Of a stretch of DNA of 64,000 nucleotides, positions 38,937-53,200 are shown in pieces. Location: assembly GCA_951406725.2 (NCBI GenBank), contig OX597817.1, positions 42,222,001 to 42,286,000 on the forward strand. Reading direction: 5' to 3'. The notes under the pieces were generated by a model that saw nothing but the letters and a program-made list of their open reading frames with translations, did no database searches and was not told the origin of the DNA. The position numbers and the translations under genes are program-made. Every line of letters begins with the position of its first letter. The stretch's first letter is position 1. This stretch comes from Octopus vulgaris (Eukaryota).

Positions 38937-39579
38937 GTGTGCACACACACACATTTTCTCTTTTGTTTTTAATTATTTGAATTCTTCCTCTGAGGAAGGA
39001 GCTGGTTTCCTAACAAAGGTATAAGGCTCCATCATTGGAATGTAGATAACGAAAACAATGTCATATTCTAAACCTGAAAAAAGTCTTGCATATTTTTACT
39101 GTTCCACTTACGGATTATATATATGTATATGCAGGGCCAGGCTTAGGAAGTGTGGGGCCCAATTGGGAACAATTTTGGTTGGCCAGGTTCCTAGTCAACT
39201 TGCACTAAGGTTTGTAAAATCATAAATATAAAAGTCATAAAAATGTAAAAATCCAGCCATTGAAACTATGCAACCATGCAGTGCCACGTAAAAGCACTCA
39301 GTCTATATTGTAAAGTGAAGACATTAGAAGGACATCCAGCCATTAAAACCATGTCACCATGCAGTGCCACCTAAAAACAATCAGTCCACGCTATAAAGTG
39401 GAGACGTTAGGAAGAGCATCCAGCCACAAAAAACATGCCAAACCAGACAGGTGCCAGATGTAGCCCCTGGCTTGTTGGCCCCTGTCAAACGCTAAATGAT
39501 GATGATGATGATGACAATATGCATATATATATACATACACATATTATGTATATATTTATATGTGTGTGTGTATGTATAT

Positions 39580-39985
39580 CATCATCATCATCATCATCAT
39601 CGTTTAACGTCCGTTCTCCATGATAGCATGGGTTGGACGGTTTGACCGGGGATCTGGGAAGCCAGAAGGTTGCACCAGGCTCCAGTCTTATCTGGCAATG
39701 TTTCTACAGCTGGATGCTCTTCCTAATGCCAACCACTCCGTGAGTGTAGTGGGTGCTTTTTACGTGCCACCTGCACAGGTGCCAGGCGAGGCTCGCAACA
39801 GCCATGGTCGGATTGGTGTATTTTATGTGCCACTGGCACAGAAGCCAGTTGAGGCGGCGCTGGCATCGGCCACGAGTCGGATAGTGCTTTTTACGTACCA
39901 CCAGACCAGGGATCCTGGCTGGTTCAATTCGATTTCGATTTCGCTTGCCCCAACATGTCTTCGCAAGCAAAGGGGGTTGGCATGG
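39580..39985 (-). mobile_element. Family D short retroposon
   Basis: Reverse orientation to 38540-38936 and to 39270-39515. Confidence 0.85.
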
Positions 39986-41261
39986 GTATGTGTGTGTATA
40001 CATGTATATATATGTACATATATGTGTGTGTGTATGTGTGTGTAGTAACTTTCTGAAACATGGATAATTTGTTAATAAAATTTTCTACATAAATATGGTG
40101 TAGATTACAATTATATCGGAATTTGTCATGTAAAGCATCTTTCTCTCTCTTTTAAATGAACTCAAAGGCAACCAGTCTTCAACATGGTTGTTTAGTATGC
40201 TAGAAATAGCAGTTATTAGGCATAAAAGAACAGTCACTATTCTGATCTCCTAATATACCGCAAAGGGGAAAAAAGTCCTTTGCAGTATACTAGGAGCCGA
40301 GATTAATTGATAGCACACACAAAGAAAAAAAACGAGGAAAAAAATAACTCCAAAGTGAGGGGGGATTCCGACGCCCCTCCCCAACACCTGGATTTCAGGG
40401 GAAAAAGTCATTTGCTGTATATTAGGAGATTAGATTGATAGCGAAAGAAAAAAGAAAAACAATGAAAAAACATTTCTCACTGAAATCGAATTGAGTGTTG
40501 TTCAACTGTAAATTTAAACTAAATCTAAACTACACATTTTAAAAATATTCTAGCAAAAATCAGTAAGAAATTTAACAGGAACCCCTGTATTTGTTGCATG
40601 TTGTTACACTAAAGGTGATATACATAAAATGTAAATTAATAATAGTTATCAATTAGAATTTTTCAACTCCTCATTCAATTGACAATAAACTTTACTTGTA
40701 AAGACTTATTGAGGCAAGTGAAGTCATAATCAAAATCACTGACATGGCTGATGACAGTACTACCTGATTGGCACTCATGCCAGGGGAATGTTAGACACTC
40801 CCGAACATCACTAAAAATACAATGAATTTCTTCAAATCCAGCGGCTGATCCAAGCAATTTTGGATGAATGGGTTTATCTTTTGGTATCTTGTAGATTTTT
40901 TTAAAAGACATCAGGGAGAGTAGCTTTATGAAATGCTGCAGTATAGAACATGGCCTTCTTAACAGTTTGATCCAATTCCACATGACTTGAGATTTTGTGG
41001 GCACATAGGACATGCCCACCTCTTCAGCTACTTGGAGCAGAGTAGGAGTTTTAAGAGAAATTCAAGATGGCTTCAGATGTTTAAGCCTCTATTGGTCAAC
41101 TCAGGCTATGTGGTATTAATGCTAGCAAAGTTACACCAGCTATTTTCTTTATTTTCAGGCCCAAATGTTAAGATAAGATGTTAGTAGCGTATTGGTGCTA
41201 CTTTTGAGACAGGATGTGGCACAGTATATTCAGTGATATTAGTTTTCTGTATTGGCTATCA

Positions 41262-41657
41262 CCAGTGCTGGTTTAACCATAAAGCAAAATAAGTGGATGT
41301 CTAGAGCATCAAGGGAAGGAGTGGCACCACAGAAATCATAAATGGTTTACAGTAGAAAAAAATCCCTTTAAACTTACTAAAATAATATTTGAAGTGGTTT
41401 ACATGATTGGGAAATATAATTTTGAAGTGTTCATGGTGGTATGGTGAGGATCTGATCAAAGACTTTGCAATTAAAAAATTGGAGAAAAGATTTTAAATAT
41501 AAATAAAGTGAAAGCATACAAAAATAAACATTATTTTCCATCTTACTGTTAGTTTTATTTTATGGATTTTTCATTGTTTATATTTTGAATTATATATATA
41601 TGGATACACCAAAATCTTTTAAGTGCTTAGGGCCTCTATGAGCCTTAATACAACCCT
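41262..41657. mobile_element. Probable hAT-type MITE
   Basis: Degenerate termini cagtgctggtttaa / ttaatacaaccct with subterminal ctagggc-like motifs around an AT-rich core. Confidence 0.4.
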
Positions 41658-42763
41658 TAATACTGCGCAGATGTAGTTGGATGTTAGCACAAGTCAGTAT
41701 CTTAGTCATCATTTAGTGGAGTATAAATACATTAGTGACAGCAGTCCTTATGAGGGAGTGACCAAATTTAGTAGTGGTGGGCTAAAATTGAGGTTGCATG
41801 ACCAACATAGGTGGGTTATAGTGTATATGAATGGCAAGGATTAAATATTTTGCCTTTGCATGGGGCAGCTCTGTTTACAGTGATATATCTGGTTTGCCAG
41901 CTGTCAAAGGCTTGAAATTTATTCCCAGGGTGTACCTTTGGTGGTAATAATAAGATAGTGCATTCTTCTTATTGTTACTACCCGAGGTATGTCCTGGTAA
42001 TGAACATCAAGCCTCTGTACTTAAAGCAGACTGAGATATACATGTACATAGTAGTAACACACCAGGTTAAGACACAGTACCAAATTTAGGTTTAACATGA
42101 GCTTTTTAGAGGGTCAGTAATTGAAGCTTTCCTTTCAATGCTGGCTGGACTAGGATGTGTGAGTATCTAGCACCAGTACTGTACCAGATGGGTCATACAC
42201 GAGCTTTTCAGAGGATCAGTAACTAAGGAGAGCTGAAGAATTTTCTGGCATGAATGAGGAAGTTATGTTATGTGACTTTACCATGGGATATCATCCAAGA
42301 TGATAGTGAGGGATAGCATCTAAAGCAATTAGTTGTGGTGATGGTGAAGATCCTCTCTCAGAAGAAAAATTTTCCTATAGAACAAACTGGATCCCATGCC
42401 ATAAAAAAAAGGAAATTAACATTCAAAGAGATGGAAAATTTTTGTCAGCTTGACAAAATCGATCCTAGAAAGGGGATTTGCCAACAATTACCCTAAAATT
42501 CTACAAAATTTCTGTAGAAATATTAAATTTAGGTGCATTATTTATTCGGAAATTGTATGTTAATGTGAGATATAGAAAAAAGTTAAATAACAAAAGATAT
42601 ATATATATGTGTGTGTGTGTGTGTGAGTGTATCAATTGACTTCAAGATTAAGGAGTAATCCCTTACACTGATATATATATATATACATATATATATAATA
42701 TGTATATACTTTTATCATCATCATCTATATATATATGCATATATATATCTCAATACAAACATA

Positions 42764-42805
<42 letters not shown>

Positions 42806-43311
42806 CATATGTATGCATGTGTATCTGTGTGTGTGTGTGTGTGTGTGTGCGTGCATAGCTATAAATGAGATGCTCGAACACTACAAAGCCCTATTCATAA
42901 AATATCTTTGAAGCAGTTAATCAACCAAATTACAACAAATTAGATCTGGGAAGAGAGTAAACAAATCAATACAAAATTAAACAAAATATATCCATTATTG
43001 CATGCACAAACTACACGCATATATATGGGGTGGTATAAATGTGTTTGCGTGTGAGTGTACGTAGATGAATAAATAGATAAATAGATACATACATATGGAG
43101 GTAGAGAGAGAGAAGAGAGGGAGAGAGAGCAAGAAAGAGGCAGAGAGAGAGAGAGTCATAGCCATATATATATATATATGGCAGAAATAATCTTTATGAG
43201 TTCAGAATGAATCTGCACTACTCAGTGCGTGCTCATGTTGAAAATGTTTGCAATGGTTAATGTGGGTGTCTGTATGTATGTATGTATGTACATATGTATG
43301 TATGTATGTAC

Positions 43312-43346
<35 letters not shown>

Positions 43347-43559
43347 TGTATGTATGTATGTATGTATGTATGTATGTATGTATGCATGCATGCATGCATG
43401 CCTGAATGTATGTATGTATGTATGTATGTATGCATGTATGTATGTATGTCATTATTCGGTTCAATTCAAGATTTCTTGCCAATAGAGAAAGAACCAGTTT
43501 CTAACCTAGATCCAAGGCTCCTTCATTGGCGTTTCAACATCAACAACATGGTATTTTTG

Positions 43560-43590
<31 letters not shown>

Positions 43591-43824
43591 CAAGGCTGGC
43601 CTCTTTGAAATACAGGTACAACAGAAACAGGAAGAAAGAGTGAGAGAAAGTTGTGGTGAAAGAGTACAGCAGGGTTCGCCACCCCACCCACACCAGCTGG
43701 AGCCTCATGGAGCTTCAAGTATTTTCACTCAATAAACACTCACAATGCCCAGTCTGGGAATCGAAACCACGATCCTACAACTGCGAGTCCTCTGCCCTAA
43801 CCACTGGACCATTGCACCTCCACA

Positions 43825-44217
43825 CAACTCGGAAATACAGGCTGGTGACAGAAACAAATAGAATAAACAACTATATGAAGAATGTCACTCATTCCATGCA
43901 AAGTCAATAAGCTGGGAAAAGACCAAAAGAGCTGCCGCCAAGGGAGAAGAAGTAGAATTAGCTGTTCCTCAATTTGTTTGTCATGAGTGTGGTTGAATAT
44001 GCTTTTGAAATGCAAGACTCTAAAGCCATCTCAGGAGTCACAACCCACCAACAGATTATGTTCAGTTCGTTATTGCAGACCTGCTTACCTGAGATGTATG
44101 AAAAAAAAAGTCTTCAAGAGCTGCTCTGGACTCGCAACATATTTGAAAATCTATAATGATCGTCCACCTGAGATGCCTAACAGTCCGGTTGAAAACATGG
44201 ATTTAGTTTGCAGTCAG
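43825..44217 (+). pseudogene. Decayed RTE-type LINE ORF C-terminus with C2H2 zinc fingers
   Basis: Manual translation KQLYEECHSFHAKSISWEKTKRAAAKG..PQFVCHECG*ICF*NARL*SHLRSH...LT*DV*KK/VFKSCSGLATYLKIY...LVCSQ, with multiple stops. Confidence 0.7.
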
Positions 44218-44499
44218 TAAGTCTCTTATTTGGCTTTTCAGTTTTATCTGAGTTTCTATGGTTAGATCTTCTTCCTAACACCAACTATTTTACAGGAAAC
44301 GCTTTAGTCTTGCTGACAGTTTGGCAATTGTTATGGTGCTAGGGCCATGGAAAATGAACCCACTACACTCCGCAAATTAGTCGGTGTTAGGAAGGGCACC
44401 CATCCACAGAAACCGTGCCTAAACTGAAGCAATGGAGCAAGACATGACTCTCTGACCTGCTGGATCTTGCCAAGCATAGAAACAGACTTAAAATTGTTA

Positions 44500-44700
44500 T
44501 GATAACAACGATGATGATGGTGGTGGTGGTGGTGGTGATGACGACGATGATGATGATGGTGGTGGTGGTGGTGGTGGTGGTGGTGGTGGTGGTGATGGTG
44601 ATGATGATGACGACGACGACGACAATGATGATGATGATGACGACGACGACGACAATGATGATGATGATGACGACGACGACGACAATGATGATGATGGTGA

Positions 44701-44734
<34 letters not shown>

Positions 44735-44830
44735 GGTGGTGGTGGTGATAGTGATGATGATGATGACAACAACGACGACGATGGTGATGATGATGATGAT
44801 GATGATATATGAGAGAGAGAGAGAGAGAGA
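44500..44830. repeat. (GAT/GGT/GAC)n mosaic with an internal ~27-bp triplication, at a family D tail
   Basis: Direct reading. Confidence 0.9.
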
Positions 44831-45695
44831 GACATATATTCATATGTATGAATATATACAGCAGGAAAACCAGCCTATCCCATTGTTGCCACAAGAGATA
44901 TGGCCTGTTAATGAACTTCAAGTTATTGGCTGCTTATAAATCAGAAACACCACCTTAGGCATAGCTAGCCGATACACAATTGCTGGGTATATAATCTCTG
45001 TTGCTCATACAGAGAACATGCAGCATACCATCACCTGGCAGTCATGCTTGTTGTGTCAACTCCTATGTACCTGACACCAAAAAACTGGTTGCATTTTTAT
45101 ATATAATAATAAAATATTACTGTTGCTGAAATGTCGCATCCTACAGAATTTTGACTAACATCAATATTCTGTCTGCTCTATCACATGCGGTAATCAATGA
45201 AAGAATTAATGTTGCTAGATGTTCAAGGCACCAGCATGACCTGAGCTGACCAGCAATCACCTAAGTGCTCTCATCGAGAAGCCATTTCAAATTTCTTTTA
45301 AATTCTCTCCACTCCAACTCCAAACATTTGATGACGGGGATATTTTCTATGCCTACAAAACTTTAAATAATGTGGAGCAGAATTAATCTGTTATTAAATT
45401 CATGTGTATATGTGTGCATGCATATGTATGTGTGTGTGTGTGTGTGTGTGTGCATATGTATATGTGTGTATGTGTGAACAAGCAAATCAATAGGTGGATT
45501 GGCAGCATGAGACAGACAATCAGCCAAAATATTGAAAATTTACATATTTTCACCAACACTGCTCTTGTGATATTATCAAAAACACTTCACTCTCAAGATT
45601 AATTGATTAACAAAAGTGCTATAAAAACTAAGAATCATCAGCTTCAAAACTTTTATATAAATGATAATATGAGATGTTATACTCTTCTGTTTCAG

Positions 45696-45750
45696 ACAGA
45701 AAATAGAAACTGGCCTACTGATGAGACATGACCAGTGTATCTATCAATTG
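45696..45750 (+). other. Candidate small internal exon (unverified)
   Basis: Acceptor tactcttctgtttcag and donor TTG|gtaaga; one open frame (QKIETGLLMRHDQCIYQL) in non-repetitive context. Confidence 0.25.
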
Positions 45751-46169
45751 GTAAGAAATCTTTTTACCAATTACATGACAGATTACCTGTCAATCCATCC
45801 CTCAAATTAGGTTCTATAAATATTTCATCTGCTATTTTAACCATGCTATTTTTCTCCTGAAGATAATTTATCAGTCGCTTACAGCCAGTAGAATAGACAA
45901 GCAATAGATGTACTTCAGTTTGATCAGTAAGCTCATGTCTTCATGTGATGCTTATTATTATGTCTAATGCAGCCTCCTCGGCTTGCCAGTCCCCAGTCAA
46001 AACCATCCAACCAATGCCAGCATGGAAAATGGACGTTAAACGATGACGATGATGATGATGATGACCTTAAGGTAGCAGCTAGCAGAATTGTTACCATACC
46101 AGGAAAAATACTTGGTTGTATTTTGTCTGACTTTACGTTCTGGGTTCAAATTTCACTGAGATCAGCTTT

Positions 46170-46290
46170 GTGGACCCCCAAGAGTCATATGGACCTCCAA
46201 GAGTCATATGGAATTTCAAGAGTCATATGGACCTCCAAAAGCCATTTGGACTCCCTAGAGTCATATGGACCCTGGTCGAGAACCACTGCT
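46170..46290. repeat. ~20-bp tandem repeat (ggacctccaagagtcatat x5) in a hAT-like MITE end
   Basis: Units visible at 46171-46270; terminates ggtcgagaaccactg, a cagtggttctc-type TIR. Confidence 0.65.
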
Positions 46291-46602
46291 TTAGATGGTT
46301 TGTGTTCATGAACTGGTGAATCACATGTGTTGCAAACATCATTTAAAGTGAGGAGGAGGTATTCTCTGATGATGAACAAACAACATCAATCAGATATTCC
46401 CGTTTCAATCTACCTAAACGTACAAAGAATGAACAGATACATCATTGTATGAATTCTTGCTGTTCTTATACACCCATGAATAGAAAAGAATGTTTATTAA
46501 AATAAGAGGTGGGGAGTATACTCTGCCATCCCAAATTATTCAAAGATTTTGTGTAGCAAGTTACACACTATGCATCACTCCAATAATTATATATATATAT
46601 AT

Positions 46603-46965
46603 AGGAGCAGGAGTGGCTGTGTGGTAAGTAGCTTGCTTACCAACCATATGTTTCTGGGTTCAGTCCCACTGTATGACACCTTGGGCAGGTGTCTTCTACT
46701 ATAGCCTTGGGCCGACGAAAGCTTTGTAAATGGGTTTGGTAGATGGAAACTGAAAGAATCCCGTTGTATATATATATGTGTGCGTGTGTGTGTGTGTGTG
46801 TGAGTGTGTGTGTGTGTTTGTGTGTTTGTGTTTGTCCCCCCACCATTGCTTGACAATCAATGTGGATTTGTTTACGTCCTCATAACTTAGTGGTTTGGCA
46901 AAAGAGACCAATAGAATAAGTACTAGGCTGCAGTCAAGATGACTAAAACAAATAAGAGTATATAA
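46603..46965 (+). mobile_element. Family A SINE with internal deletion
   Basis: Head gcaggagtggctgtgtggtaagtagcttgc; lacks the aagaataagtcc...gcatgg segment. Confidence 0.8.
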
Positions 46966-47709
46966 AAGAAGATATATATATATATATACACACACATTCA
47001 GAATAACATCAATAGTTTTCACTGCACCATAAATGAATAATATTCAACAAAAATTAATTAATAAGAAGGACACCGAATATCGTTTTGTTGCTGTAATATA
47101 CTACCAAAGTTTGCAAGTGAATATTGTACCTTGCTTTTGGTGTTAGCAGTGCAATATTCTCATTTTTAAGTGATTGACTACTGATTTTCTACAGAATTCA
47201 GAGGCACCACTGTAAGTTATAATATCATAACTTTGAATTCTATAGAAAATATATGGTTTATTGCTTAAAAAAGATCCAATATATGTAAAGATTACATTTC
47301 TTTCATTGTTTGACCTGCAAATTCCCTGCTTGGATTCTAAGCACAAATTTGTTTAAAATCAAGGCTACAAAAATATTTTTTTATATAGTATGATATCCAT
47401 TTCTTCATATGTTTCATTATATATTATAAATATTCCTCATACAGTAATTGTCACATTTGAAAAACCAGATGATTTATTCTAGGGATTGTCTGGTATTAAG
47501 CCATCTAACTAAAGGAATCGGTGTGATCGAAATGGCATTAGAGCTGATGAAGGCCAATTATATTGGAACTCTAATCCTTTTCTTGTGTTGTTAGATCTAC
47601 ACGTTCTTTCTAGGGAGTTCTAACCTCTAAATTGCTTTGGAGCAAGATTAGATATATATATTCTTGTGTGCAGTTAAATAACCATTTACATTTATACATC
47701 TTTGTTGAT

Positions 47710-47754
47710 CTGTTTATATATGTATATATATACATATATATATATGTGTATATA

Positions 47755-47809
<55 letters not shown>

Positions 47810-48151
47810 ATATGTATGTATATATAAATATATACATACATACATATATATATATATACATATATATATGTGTGTGTGTATGTGTGTGTGCGCACATATA
47901 TGAACGTATGTGTGTGTCTCATGGATTTATCCATAATCTTTGCAAATGTACATATTCTTCAGATCTCTAATATCACAAGATATTATTTCCTGTTTCCTAA
48001 ATGTCAAAATTGCTTCAGAAAATCTGTCTCAACCCAAGTTTCAATATACATACGTGCATATTTTCATATTTACGTACAACTACATACAGGCATACAAACA
48101 CATACATATATATGTGTATGTATTACATATATGTATGTATGTATATATACT

Positions 48152-48198
<47 letters not shown>

Positions 48199-48632
48199 GT
48201 ATGTATGTATATACACACATATATACACAACTAAAATTATTGGAAACACTATTAGATAAAAGTTAGCAAACAACATCTCTAGTATTGCCATAGCTGTATC
48301 GCAAGGTTAACCTCAACGTAATTAGAGAGAATGTTACGCTTTAACGGGGGATATGTAAATAAATAAATTAATGAATAACTAAATAAATGTTAATTTCTTA
48401 AGCAGAAATCTAGCAGAACTTCAAAGATACATTACTAATTAATCTAGTTTATCATCAATTCAGCTGATGCTCTTTCTTGTCATCTTGCTGCCATTGATTC
48501 TGGTATCTTCGTAACTCCGTTTTCAATTATAACTTATTTTGTTGTCTTATATTATTACTGTTATGCTGTTTATGCCTTGTTTTTGATGAAAGTATTGTCA
48601 AAGTATCAATATGTTGGACTTTATGATTATTA

Positions 48633-48670
<38 letters not shown>

Positions 48671-48718
48671 ATTATTATTATTATTATTATTATTATCATC
48701 ATCATCATTATTATCATT

Positions 48719-48768
<50 letters not shown>

Positions 48769-48785
48769 CATCATCATCATTATTA

Positions 48786-48837
<52 letters not shown>

Positions 48838-48919
48838 CATTATTATCGTTATTATTATTAATATTATTATCATTATTATTTTCTATATGTATATAGATAT
48901 GTATATATATATGTATATA

Positions 48920-48982
<63 letters not shown>

Positions 48983-49226
48983 TTCATTTTACTGCAGATA
49001 TTTTCAGTAACAGCTTGTTGATGATGCTGTTGTTGTTGTTGTTGATGATGTTGTCATTGTTGTTATTCTCTTCTTCTTGTTCTTCTTCTTGTTCATGTTG
49101 CATCTGATCGTGACAATGATTTCACCATTGCTGCTATGGTTTTTCTCCCGCTTTCCATATCTTTCCGTTATATTTGTTGTTGCTGCAATCATCACCATCA
49201 TCATCACCATTATCATCACCACTACC

Positions 49227-49260
<34 letters not shown>

Positions 49261-49400
49261 TCAACATCAGCATCATCATCATCATCGTCATCGTCATCAT
49301 CATCGTCGTCGTCATCATCATCATCATCATCCTCATCATTATCATCATCATCATTTATTATTATTATTTTTATTATTGTTGTTATTATTATTATTATTAA

Positions 49401-49448
<48 letters not shown>

Positions 49449-49455
49449 CATCATC

Positions 49456-49495
<40 letters not shown>

Positions 49496-49767
49496 ATTAT
49501 TATTTAGTAATAATTCTTATTTTTCATTTTTTTCATTTCCTTAGTTTTTTTTTTTTATGCTTTGTGTTTTATAATTTCATTTTTTTTTGTTAGTCTTGTG
49601 ATACTGCTGCAGAATTTGATTGTTCTGCTTGTTGTTACTGTTGCTACTGCAGCTGTTGCTGTTGTTGTTGTTGTTGATGTCGCTGTTAGTGAAGGTGCCA
49701 ACATTAAAGTTAGAATTTTGTTGCTGCTGCAGCTGTTGTTTCTTCTGTAATTTTTACAGTTGTTGTT

Positions 49768-49860
<93 letters not shown>

Positions 49861-50032
49861 ACAGCTATAAACTTGTTTTTTTTTTCAGATTGTGTTGTTA
49901 TAGTATTTTTTTAAAAACTTTTTTCATTATATTTTTTTTAACCAAGTTCTATTTTTTTGTATCTTTTATTTATTTGCTTTTTTTTTCATAAGTGTAAATT
50001 GATATTACTGCCTTGCAGAATGTATATACACA

Positions 50033-50071
<39 letters not shown>

Positions 50072-50383
50072 TGTGTATGCACGTATGCATGTATGTGTGG
50101 GTATATATATATAAATACATATATATATGTATATATATATGTATATATATATATACATGCATACATATAGATATTTATACTTATATATATATACATGCAT
50201 ACATATAGATATTTATACTTATATATATATATATGTGTGTGTGTGTGTATATATATACATATATATGATGATGTAATATATACACATACACATATACACA
50301 TTTATGTATATACACTCATTTATTTATAGATAGTTACATAGATAGAGAGAAGGAGAGAGGGATAGATAGATATTTAGATAGAC

Positions 50384-50458
<75 letters not shown>

Positions 50459-50799
50459 CAGATAGATAGACAGACAGACAGATAGATAGAAAAATTAGAA
50501 AAAAAAAAGAAAGAAAGAATGTAAGGAAGAAAGAAATAGAGAGAGAGAGACAGGGCAGAGATGAACTTAGCATGAATAGGTTTGCATAAATACATATATA
50601 TACCTTGATACATATGCAAATGTCACTACATACATTTACACATGACTGATTCGCCCCATATCAAGACTAATAGACTTAGAGAGAGGATTTTGATCTTCTT
50701 CTTCTTCCCATATATTTCCATATTATTATATTTTTTTAGACATAAATATTTGCCTCCTTCCCTCCACCTCTCCCTCTCTTTCTTCCTCTCACACTCTCT

Positions 50800-50843
<44 letters not shown>

Positions 50844-51178
50844 GGTTGCTTTGTTAATACTAATGTCTACTCCATTCTTCTCTGTGTGGGTTGAAGATCA
50901 ATAAACTCAGTTTGTCATTTACTCGTACTCCGCTGTGTCAAAATATATATAGAAATAGATAGAGAGATTGTCTGTTCTGTGAGTAAACTTTAAAAGGATT
51001 GTTATGTATAACTACATGCATAACATATACGCACACACACACACACACACATAGGCACATGCATAAATACATACATACACATACATACATACATATATAT
51101 ACATAGATTGAGAGATATACTTATAGATATAGAGCTATATATATAGATGCATATATATATATATATATATATAGATAA

Positions 51179-51221
<43 letters not shown>

Positions 51222-51250
51222 TATACATATATAGATATAGATATATACAT

Positions 51251-51293
<43 letters not shown>

Positions 51294-51360
51294 TACATAC
51301 ATACATACATATATATATACACATATATACATATACATACATATATATAGCAGTAATAAA
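47710..51360. repeat. ~3.6-kb microsatellite-dense zone: (TA), (TG), (ATT), (ATC), (TGC/TGT), (GATA), (CT)
   Basis: Direct reading; explains the many low-complexity ORFs here. Confidence 0.9.
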
Positions 51361-51842
51361 TCTTTGAGCATGTATATGTATAGACACATATAATTGTATG
51401 AGTGTGCATGTGTTGGATGTCTGCTGGAGTTATGGACACTTATTCTATTCCTTGGACTGTATGAAAAATTATACATTATATTTATGTATATATGCATGTA
51501 TACTTAAGTATCTAATGTTTATTTGTAGAGTGGAGAGTAAATGGAGAGATAGATGTGTGTTTCTTGACTGCTAATGCTTTCAGTTTATTAATAACACATT
51601 CAATTTTATAACACACACATGCACATACAAATGCAAACACACACACTCACATGCGAACATGCACATACACTCTACCTGTCTCACCATTCTTTAACTACAT
51701 TTGCTTTCACACTAAACATTTCTTTAAACTAAACATTAGCCACATCAGTCTCACTGGCCTGGGAAGCTCTGTAATGGTCAGGAGTATTAATACTAATGTT
51801 ATTAACTTATATACAAAAAAATATCACTTTTCTAAATACACA

Positions 51843-51991
51843 GGTGCAGGAGTGGCTGTGTGGTAAGTAGCTTGCTTACCAACCACATGGTTCTGGGTTC
51901 AGTCCAATTGCATGGCGCCTTGGGCAAGTGTCCTCCACTATAGCCTCAGGCTGACCAAAGCCTTGTGAGTGGATTAGAAACTGAAAGAAGC

Positions 51992-52028
<37 letters not shown>

Positions 52029-52445
52029 CTTTATTGTCCACAAGGGGCTAAACATAGGGGGGACAAACAAGGACAGACAAATGGATTAAGTCGATTACAT
52101 CGACCCCAGTGTGTAACTGGTACTTATTTAATCGACCCCAAAAGGATGAAAGGTAAAGTCGACCTCGGCGGAATTTGAACTCAAAACGTAGCGGCAGATG
52201 AAATATCGCTAAGCATTTTACACGGCATGCTAACGATTCTGCCAGCTCGTGTGTGTGTGTGTTTGTCCCCTACACTATTGCTTGACAACTGATGCTGGTG
52301 TGTCTAGTCCCCATCAAAAGAGTCTGATAAAATAAGTACTAGGCTTACAAAGAATAAGTCCTCAGGTTGATTTATTAAACTAAAAGGCGGTGCTCCAGCA
52401 TGGCCACAGTCAAATGACTGAAACAAGTAAAAGAATGAAAAGAAT
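51843..52445 (+). mobile_element. Family A SINE with a minus-strand family B SINE (about 52025-52248) inserted in its internal microsatellite
   Basis: Family A head, then tttctttattgtccacaaggggcta...gccagctcg, then the family A 3' half. Confidence 0.8.
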
Positions 52446-52772
52446 AAGGTTCTCAGAAGCTGAATGGTTGAGAGAGTAAGTTACAACAAGGTAAAAGTTC
52501 ATGGCCTAATGGTTTGGATAATTTGTGCTCATATTCATAAGATTTGGACATCAGTTCCTGGACTGGGTGGTGCATTATATTCTTGAGCAAGGCATTTCAT
52601 TTCAGGCTGATCCAATCTACCAAGCTGGAAATAATTAAATACCAACTAAATGCTAGTTTGTCTACTCCTCTCCCTCTAGCTGTCTCATCCTCAATGCTCA
52701 TTTTGTCATCTCTGAGAGGATCAAGACATTGACTATGTTTGCCTGTTTCTAGTTACATAGACATCTGAAATA

Positions 52773-53200
52773 ATTCTTTCTGCTATAGGCACAAGGCCCA
52801 AAATTATGGGGAGTGGGCTATCGATTAGATCAACCCCAGTATGCAACTGGTACTTAATTTATCAACTCCGAAGGATGAAAGGCAAAGCTGACCTGGGTGG
52901 TATTTGAACCTAGAACATAGCAACAGGCAAAATATCACTAAGAATTTCATCCAATGTGCTAACGATTCTTTTCTGCTCTAGGCACAAGGCCTGAAATTTT
53001 TGAGGGAAGGGAGCCAGTTGATTAGATTGACCCCAGTATGCAACTGGTGCTTAATTTATTGACCCAAAAGGATGAAAGGCAAAGTCGACCTTGGTAGTAT
53101 TTGAACCTAGAACATAGCAACAAGCGAAATATTGCTAAGTAGTTCGTCCAGTGTGCTAATGATTCTTTTCTGCTCTAGGCACAAGGCCTGAAATTTCTGG
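52773..53200 (-). mobile_element. Tandem array (~2.2 units of ~195 bp) of 5'-clipped family B SINE
   Basis: attctttt(t)ctgct..aggcacaaggcc recurs near 52773, 52965 and 53162. Confidence 0.8.

Noticed and set aside
45713-45770. CTGATGA...GAAA hammerhead candidate
   Set aside because: No convincing stem II closing at GAAA and no stem I pairing.
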